Below are positions 48,501-53,310 of a stretch of DNA of 53,310 bases, piece by piece. The stretch's first letter is position 1; every line of letters starts with the position of its first letter. Made by a program: the position numbers and the translations under genes. The DNA comes from Thermoanaerobaculia bacterium (GTDB taxonomy: Bacteria > Acidobacteriota > Thermoanaerobaculia > Gp7-AA8): assembly GCA_035276365.1 (NCBI GenBank), contig DATELS010000330.1:1-53310 (forward strand), written 5' to 3'. A model generated the notes under the pieces. That model saw nothing but the letters and a program-made list of their open reading frames with translations, was not told the origin of the DNA and did not search any database.

Positions 48501-49345
48501 GTGCGCACAGCATGCTGGAAGAGCAGTCCGAGATCCTTGCGACGGTGCGCGTCATCGATGATGAGAATCGTGTTCGAGACGGGGAGCTCGCCGAGAGCGG
48601 GAGCCGTGATGTCGAAATCGAGCTGCGCGAAGTACACGTGGTGTGTCCGTTCCGCTCGTTGCGCGAATGCCTGCAGGAGTTTGCTCTTCCCGATGCCGCC
48701 GCGGCCGGGGAGGACGAAGATCAGCTGTTCCGGATTTGCGACGAACGTTTCGAGCTTCTGCAGATCTTCGCTGCGGCCGACCAGCGCGTAGGAATGATTG
48801 AAGATGCGGCTCGAATCGAGAAACGGCGCAAAGAAATCGTCCGGCTCGAGGAACGCGCCGAACGGCTCGATGCCGAGGAAGTCACGGCACAACTGGCCAC
48901 TAAAGTTCGTCCGGACGATGCGCCGGGCGACCTCGGTCGGCAGAGCGCGCACCTTCGCCGAGATGTCGTCCACGTCCCATACCGTCCAGAGCTGGTGCTT
49001 CTTTTCTTCGTCCCGCACACCTGCCGTCGCTGCGCAAGCGATCAGCGCGTAATAGCGGCTCGCCTGGTACGTCACGGTTTCCGCGAGGTTTCGAAGATCC
49101 GCAGGGCCGAACTTCTGCACGCGCCGGCATTGATGGCAGACGGTCTCGCCGCTCACGTCCGTCGAGACGAGGTCGATGCCTCCCTGCGGATCGCCGGGGA
49201 CGCCGTGCTGATGGCATTCGACGATCTCTGGAAGAGCACTCACAAGGTCGCGGCAGAACGACTGGAAGCGCTCGGGCGTGAGTGCCAGTAGAGGGAGTAG
49301 TTGCACCGTCGGGCGCACGGCGGCGGGTAGAAACGCATCAGGCAT
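45497..49345 (-). CDS. Antiviral-STAND (Avs/NLR)-like protein: Mrr-like restriction-endonuclease N-domain, NB-ARC-like P-loop NTPase, and a helical-repeat C-terminus
   Basis: 1282 aa. N-domain is LTPERFQSFCRDLVSALP...GDPQGGIDLVS...VCHQCRRVQKF (D-GID...QCK). Walker A is LPGRGGIGKSKLL and Walker B is ILIIDDAH. The remaining roughly 900 aa are helical ARM/HEAT-like sequence. Confidence 0.75.
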   Translation of the reverse strand: MPDAFLPAAVRPTVQLLPLLALTPERFQSFCRDLVSALPEIVECHQHGVPGDPQGGIDLVSTDVSGETVCHQCRRVQKFGPADLRNLAETVTYQASRYYALIACAATAGVRDEEKKHQLWTVWDVDDISAKVRALPTEVARRIVRTNFSGQLCRDFLGIEPFGAFLEPDDFFAPFLDSSRIFNHSYALVGRSEDLQKLETFVANPEQLIFVLPGRGGIGKSKLLQAFAQRAERTHHVYFAQLDFDITAPALGELPVSNTILIIDDAHRRKDLGLLFQHAVRTRTKLVLATRPQLRDELPSLASRHHIDVREMASVEPLEQMTLSEVEALAAEVLGPEFRHLARELAAATRDCPLITIVGGRLLREHRVAPSLLANDELFRETALARFFDEIVENAKPGSDEAEVRGLLEIIAALAPIQPLSQRFIAAVQALTSMDAEAAASWCERLHRHGVLARRHDGLRIVPDLLSDYILGVACTRPGVNGSTFVEKIVAAVGTLDHALLRNLAAVDWRVGRKTGEELRVLGTVWDSVVATFKAAPNSERRQMLGTLKEVGYFLPRKMLELAKLALEFPTAAEETGPYAALVTTSHGDVVAALPEVVRYAAYDPSTFDAACDFLWRLANDERLPKPRKNSDDKDPVSVLREIMAPGLRKPVWVHRRLMNRVETWLKITQTPGEWISIVRVVQSLFMKTGMDHTVDDLTITTRSFLVPAEYLKGTRSRARAIVVKALDHSDRQVVGTAVKALGEALQRPHSLGGLLVTDEQAAAWQPHRLEAMSILRRLAERNADPVIGIQIRETVEWYAERDTGDEDMREAAQQVLASLSETLIDRVARFINSPLGSHRTVEVDQDETARLLRATAEEFAATTQASDAIRHLDDTIGGLRILDLHPHPAPFLTAVANANPVVAAEMAELLTAANAPELARYANSIVMPLRASDELRFHVLISTIVRNDAREMAATVVASYAWWIGEDDLNERDLENITALFAMAGEVAVAGLSSLPRLAKRHPRTAAALLLGTDLRGDHKDVERMAEMFDEPEQTLFSALTANELRSCIAKLETVPQLDGVHLGDFVEECGRRDPLAIIDLLLRRIQREDRVSMLRFTALPMDPPEVVIDEALSTSEEYELLLTKIADAYANGMAYDAPRLFTLASGKMNAAAVAFLKRKSAERTDSAVTFVANCVRGEACRRLILEDSAFVTQLLADAAAVDSELRDAMHDALLRCAVPRTTTDDLRRQILTSAIAARDALPISAPARDFYESVAAEIQRIKRTVDVTPEDEDFEDEEEW

Positions 49346-49540
49346 GAGTCATCTCGCTCCGGTGTGGAAACATCCGGACTGCCGGGCTCTACTCCTGCCG
49401 AGTGGCTAGCTGCTGCGGCCACGAGCTGGCGAGCTACAGCCTCCACCGGTTTTCCGCGGCAAGCAGCCTCCCGGCAAAAGCTGCGGTTCGTCGTCTCGTG
49501 GCAGGTTCCCTGGCACACGTCACGAGCGGTAAGAAGCCCC

Positions 49541-50500
49541 TCAGGAAGTTTGTTGAGGAGCCAATCGGGGGCACGCATGGGGCAACACGAACATCTCGGC
49601 GTTGTAGAAGTTGAGGAAGCCGACCCCGAGACGGTTGTACTTCTGAGAGGCGGAGAGGCACTTCGTGCAGAACACTTCGGCCCGGTCGTTTAGATCGTCG
49701 AACAGAATGATGCCGTCGAAGACGGATCGCTCGAACGGATGGCGCACGAACACGAGCGCATCCTGCAGACCCGCCCGCGAGCCGGCTTGAAAATGAGGTA
49801 AGCGCCCGCTCTGCTGACCTCCGAGAACGAGGTAGTACTCGATGATAGACGCAGCCTGGATTCGCCGCTGCTGTTCGGACGTAAGGGTCGTCTTGCGGAG
49901 GATCGCCATCTCGAGCGATGCGGTGCTGGTGTTGAGCGCTCCCGCTTCCACGGCCGGCAAGTGAACATCCACCGCGACATTCAGTCGAGTGAATTCCGGG
50001 CGCCACACGACCTCAGCGCGACGTGTGTATCGATGGAGCACGCCGAACTCGGGAGTCTCAGGGAGCTCGACGTGTGTGGTGGCGTTCGAGTGACGATTGA
50101 AGGGCTCCGGCCGTCCGCTCATGATGGCGCGCAGGAGCTGACGAGCGAACGTCTGGTAGTCGCCGGGTTTCGGTAGGTTCCGGAGGTCGAACTCATCGCT
50201 CGACTGGCGATCCAGCCGCAGGTAGATGTCGCACTGATCGAGATTGGGGTGCTGCTGAAAGCGTCTCGAGGATCACGCGCTTCAGCGCGAGCCATTGCAC
50301 CTCGAACTGCAAGAAGGCGCTGCCGCGGTCATTCACTTGGCCGACTGAGAAGATATCGGTCAGCTCGAATCCCAGCCGAGCGCCTGCGACGGTGATGACG
50401 GCGTCAGGAGGATCGTTTGTGGGGGCGTCGACGGCTGCTCCCGCGAGCTGCGGTGCAATCGGGTGAGGCGCTCCAGTACCTGACGCTCGGAATCTCGCAT
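49541..50500 (-). pseudogene. Degraded gene readable only across three reading frames (at least two frameshifts), directly upstream of the STAND gene
   Basis: Frame 1 from ATG 50500 reads MRDSERQVLERLTRLHR... Frame 2 reads ...DAVITVAGARLGFELTDIFSVGQVNDRGSAFLQFEVQWLALKRVILETL. Frame 3 is ORF 49541..50122 extended upstream, reading FQQHPNLDQCDIYLRLDRQSSDEF...IILFDDLNDRAEVFCTKCL... The shifts lie near 50395-50405 and 50258-50268. Confidence 0.45.
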
Positions 50501-50530
50501 TGCACTCACATCAAAGTGTCGCGAACCGGC

Positions 50531-51226
50531 TCAGAATGGAGTGACGTCGGTCTTCCGCGTCTTCTGCGCTTCCTCACGCGCCGTGCGCCACGCGGCCGTC
50601 TCGATCGAACCGTTGGTCAAACGCCATGATTGATCCGATGCCAGGTAGATGTGCATCGTCTCGTTTTCCCACGCGACGACATAAGTTTTGTAATCGAAGG
50701 GGACAAACTCGGGTCGCGAGCCAGCGTAGCGGCCGCCGACGTAGCTCCGTAGAGTTTTCTTTTCAACGCCTGTATGGCGGAACGTTCGTTTGAATGTAGG
50801 TGTGCCGTATTTCTGCTCGAATGCTGTCGCGAGCTCGTGGTACGTGGGTGGAGCGTATTGCGCCATGCCGGCCATGAGCCCCTGAGTGAAGTCCACGGCG
50901 ACGAACATCCCCTGATGGAAGACGTAGTAGGTGTTGATCACCTCACCGGCGACCTTGAACGCCTTACTGCGGTCCTTCGTGTGACAGCGAGTCGCGTTCT
51001 TCGGGTAACCCTCCCATGTCGCTTCCTCGCATTTCATCGGCCCGAGGGTGGCTTGAGCTTCGTCGAGTGTCGCGCCGAACTTCACCCCGCGGAAGTCGGC
51101 CGGTGCCTGGGTCCACGGCTCGGGCGACTTCACCTCTTCTTCTTTGGTGACATTGTGAGACTGTGCGTGCGCAACGACCGCCGCGATGATCACAACCGCC
51201 AAACAGCGTCCAATTCGCATAGTCAT
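50531..51226 (-). CDS. Secreted hypothetical protein
   Basis: Start at MTMRIGRCLAVVIIAAVVAHAQS (signal peptide). Balanced composition and no recognised motif. Confidence 0.5.
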   Translation of the reverse strand: MTMRIGRCLAVVIIAAVVAHAQSHNVTKEEEVKSPEPWTQAPADFRGVKFGATLDEAQATLGPMKCEEATWEGYPKNATRCHTKDRSKAFKVAGEVINTYYVFHQGMFVAVDFTQGLMAGMAQYAPPTYHELATAFEQKYGTPTFKRTFRHTGVEKKTLRSYVGGRYAGSRPEFVPFDYKTYVVAWENETMHIYLASDQSWRLTNGSIETAAWRTAREEAQKTRKTDVTPF

Positions 51227-51255
51227 CTTCAAAGCTCCTGGTCGTTCTGATCGCG

Positions 51256-51999
51256 TCACCGCGTCTCCACCGAGATCTCTGCGCCTTCGTACACGAACGT
51301 GAAGAGATACTCCCTCCGTTCGTCGCCCATGCGAATCGGAATCAGATAGCGATACTTGTTGCCCTTCGCTGCGGCGACTTTCTCCTCGACCCGCGCGCGA
51401 ACATCAGCCGCCGACTCACCCGCGATCGGGCTCGCGGAGTCGCTGGTGGGGAAGAGGAACTTCTTCGATTCGCCGACCAGGTCCGCGGCGTGAACCCATT
51501 CGTCCAACTGCGTTCCGGCGACGATAATGGACGTCGGCGACGACGGCGGGAGCTCCTCCTCTTTGAGCAGCGACGATTCACCGCGGGCCAGCCGCCGCTT
51601 CATCTCCTCGAAGATGCGTTTTCCGCGTTCCTCCGAAGCCGCGCGAGACTCGTGACGAAGAGGATGGGAGGCATTCTGCTCATCGATGAACGCGCCGTCC
51701 TCCCAGAGCACCTTCGCACTCTCTCCGCCTTTGTTCTCCACGACGAGCAGGAGTCCGTGCGAATTCAGGTTCGCGGTGAACGCGAGCCGATCATCCGAAA
51801 ACGTCGTCACGCTCCCGAGGTACTTCGGATCGGCGGTGCCGAGCATGTCCGGCGTTGCCGTCGAAGTCTTCCCACCCGCGGTCACCTTCACCTCTACGAG
51901 ACGAACCTGCGGCGCAGGTCGAACGAACGTCAACGCACTGGCGCTCCAGGCGAGCAACACGACACTCACGACTGCGACGGATGCAGCTCTTGAATTCAC
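51256..51999 (-). CDS. Secreted or anchored hypothetical protein
   Basis: GTG start 5 nt after GGAGAA. N-terminus is VNSRAASVAVVSVVLLAWSASA. No recognised motif. Confidence 0.45.
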   Translation of the reverse strand: MNSRAASVAVVSVVLLAWSASALTFVRPAPQVRLVEVKVTAGGKTSTATPDMLGTADPKYLGSVTTFSDDRLAFTANLNSHGLLLVVENKGGESAKVLWEDGAFIDEQNASHPLRHESRAASEERGKRIFEEMKRRLARGESSLLKEEELPPSSPTSIIVAGTQLDEWVHAADLVGESKKFLFPTSDSASPIAGESAADVRARVEEKVAAAKGNKYRYLIPIRMGDERREYLFTFVYEGAEISVETR

Positions 52000-52085
52000 G
52001 CGGATTCTCCTCTGGACGATGGACTCACCGGGAAGCACGCGCGCTACCGTAAACGCGACCGGTTGTCGGCCTGAGATTTTGCGGG

Positions 52086-52991
52086 ATGTACTGCCTGGCG
52101 GCAAGGTCGTGCGCGCTTCCTCGAGTTACAATAACTCTCGTGACGATTCTGCGTCCCCCGGATCCAGCCAGCATCGCCTTGGCGAATGCCGTCCAGCGTC
52201 GGCTCCCGCGGCTCCTCGACGAAGCTCGTCGAGGCGAGCCGCTCCTGTCGCGCGCTCGCACCGTCAAGGCGGCGCGCGGTCCGGTTCGTGTCTCGGTCGA
52301 TCTGGGCGCAGGAGCCCTTTCGCAGGCGACGTACGACCTCGCCTTTCTCTGTTCGGGTGTTTCGACTCCAGCCGAGTTCGCGGCCTCGCTCGAGAACGAC
52401 GCGTACTTTGACGTGGTGGCAAACCGGATTGCGAGAGTCATCGCGGACGATCAAAGTGGTCGAACGGAGGACGCCTGGTATGCAGAGGACCGATCTCCAG
52501 GTTTCCTCGGTCTTCCCGCGTACGCTCCGACGGATCCAACGGACGAGTGGATCGGCGGCCTCGCGCCAGACACGGAGGGGTGGAGCCCCCGGGTTGCGCA
52601 CGTCGTAACAAACGACCCGCGATCAATCGCACAGGCATTGATCGACCTCTCGCTCGACTGCATGGACGATCTGACAGAGCCGACCTTGATTGCGGCCGGA
52701 CGACGCCTCGCCGCCCAGGTACGACGCGGCTTCCAGGTACAGCAACGGTTCTACTCGATTCGCGGCGGCGTTCACTACATGCACGTCGGCGCCGCGGAGA
52801 TGTTCTGCGCGCCTGCGGCCGACCCGAATGCCGCGTTTGTGCTTCATCCTGACGATTTCGCGCTGCACCATACGCCGCCGCTGGTCACGGCATCGGGTGG
52901 CTCCCTGCTGGCACGCGTCGATCAGCAACTCGTGTGTACGCGCCGATACCTTCTCGGCCGCCTCCAGCGGTATGACCGTCTTCAGCACTGA
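52086..52991 (+). CDS. Hypothetical cytoplasmic protein
   Basis: A 301-aa ORF with coding-like composition in its second half. The start is uncertain. Divergent from the gene at 51999. Confidence 0.4.
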   Translation: MYCLAARSCALPRVTITLVTILRPPDPASIALANAVQRRLPRLLDEARRGEPLLSRARTVKAARGPVRVSVDLGAGALSQATYDLAFLCSGVSTPAEFAASLENDAYFDVVANRIARVIADDQSGRTEDAWYAEDRSPGFLGLPAYAPTDPTDEWIGGLAPDTEGWSPRVAHVVTNDPRSIAQALIDLSLDCMDDLTEPTLIAAGRRLAAQVRRGFQVQQRFYSIRGGVHYMHVGAAEMFCAPAADPNAAFVLHPDDFALHHTPPLVTASGGSLLARVDQQLVCTRRYLLGRLQRYDRLQH

Positions 52992-53310
52992 CTACGTAAG
53001 TCGGATCGACACGACCTACAGTCGGATGCCGGTGCGCCTGCGGCCGCTCCTGTACAGAGTCGTCTGTGCACCGGAGAACGCGGCGCTGCGTGCGGAGATC
53101 GAAGAGTACGTTGCCGAGCTCCATCCGGACGATGCGCCGCGATACATCGATCGCCTGCAGAAGTCGCACGATCAGGGGCCCGCATTTCAGAACACCTACC
53201 ACGAACTGGTGGCCGGGCATCTTCTGCGCACTCTGGGTTTCTCCCCCCGGTACGACCCGACGATCATCATCGGCGGAAAACCTCGAACGCCCGACTGGGA
53301 CGTCCCTGCG
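52972..53310 (+). CDS. Hypothetical protein, N-terminal 113 codons (continues beyond the window end)
   Basis: Open frame from ATG 52972 to the window end. Reads MTVFSTDYVSRIDTTYSRMPVRLRPLLYRVV...YHELVAGHLLRTLGFSPRYDPTIIIGGKPRTPDWDV, which could be the start of a PD-(D/E)xK-like core. Not in the ORF track because it has no stop. Confidence 0.35.
   Translation, partial: MTVFSTDYVSRIDTTYSRMPVRLRPLLYRVVCAPENAALRAEIEEYVAELHPDDAPRYIDRLQKSHDQGPAFQNTYHELVAGHLLRTLGFSPRYDPTIIIGGKPRTPDWDVPA

Overview
High-GC bacterial chromosomal segment, probably from a soil-type lineage. No rRNA, tRNA, CRISPR array, integrase or transposase gene was recognised. There are four parts. (1) 1-8832, minus strand: an ArsR/SmtB-controlled chain of genes joined mostly by 4-nt ATGA/GTGA overlaps. 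The order is P1B-ATPase, TM-only CDF-like transporter, PaaK-like adenylating enzyme, SAM methyltransferase, PQQ-type sugar dehydrogenase with dockerin repeats, Lgt, LspA, a small Cys-rich protein and a partial CzcC-like outer-membrane factor. (2) 8.9-21.5 kb is mixed. It holds a membrane c-type cytochrome, a TonB-dependent receptor, an XRE/RHH pair beside an 808-aa SEC-C plus PD-(D/E)xK protein, MgtC, a His/Gly-tailed secreted protein, a CorC remnant, a second Cys-rich protein with an orphan CheY-like receiver, and a DMF-ase-like secreted protein. (3) 21.5-37.6 kb, mostly plus strand: a czc-type supraoperon with a third Cys-rich protein, CzcCBA, a P-II-like protein, duplicated BamE-like lipoproteins around a His-rich protein, CzcD, a second SPC-type P1B-ATPase, an L,D-transpeptidase, DsbA and DUF305-like lipoproteins. 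(4) A 63-bp tandem repeat array at 37.7-37.9 kb precedes a probable defence island at 37.9-50.5 kb. The island has two convergent nuclease-STAND-repeat (Avs/NLR-like) giants, one followed by an HNH-like partner, plus further nuclease-fold genes and two frameshifted genes. The strongest candidates for new biology are the STAND/HNH locus, the CFCCCSH small-protein family upstream of efflux outer-membrane factors, and the coupled metal/adenylation/lipoprotein-maturation operon. All family assignments come from motif reading by eye; no searches were run.
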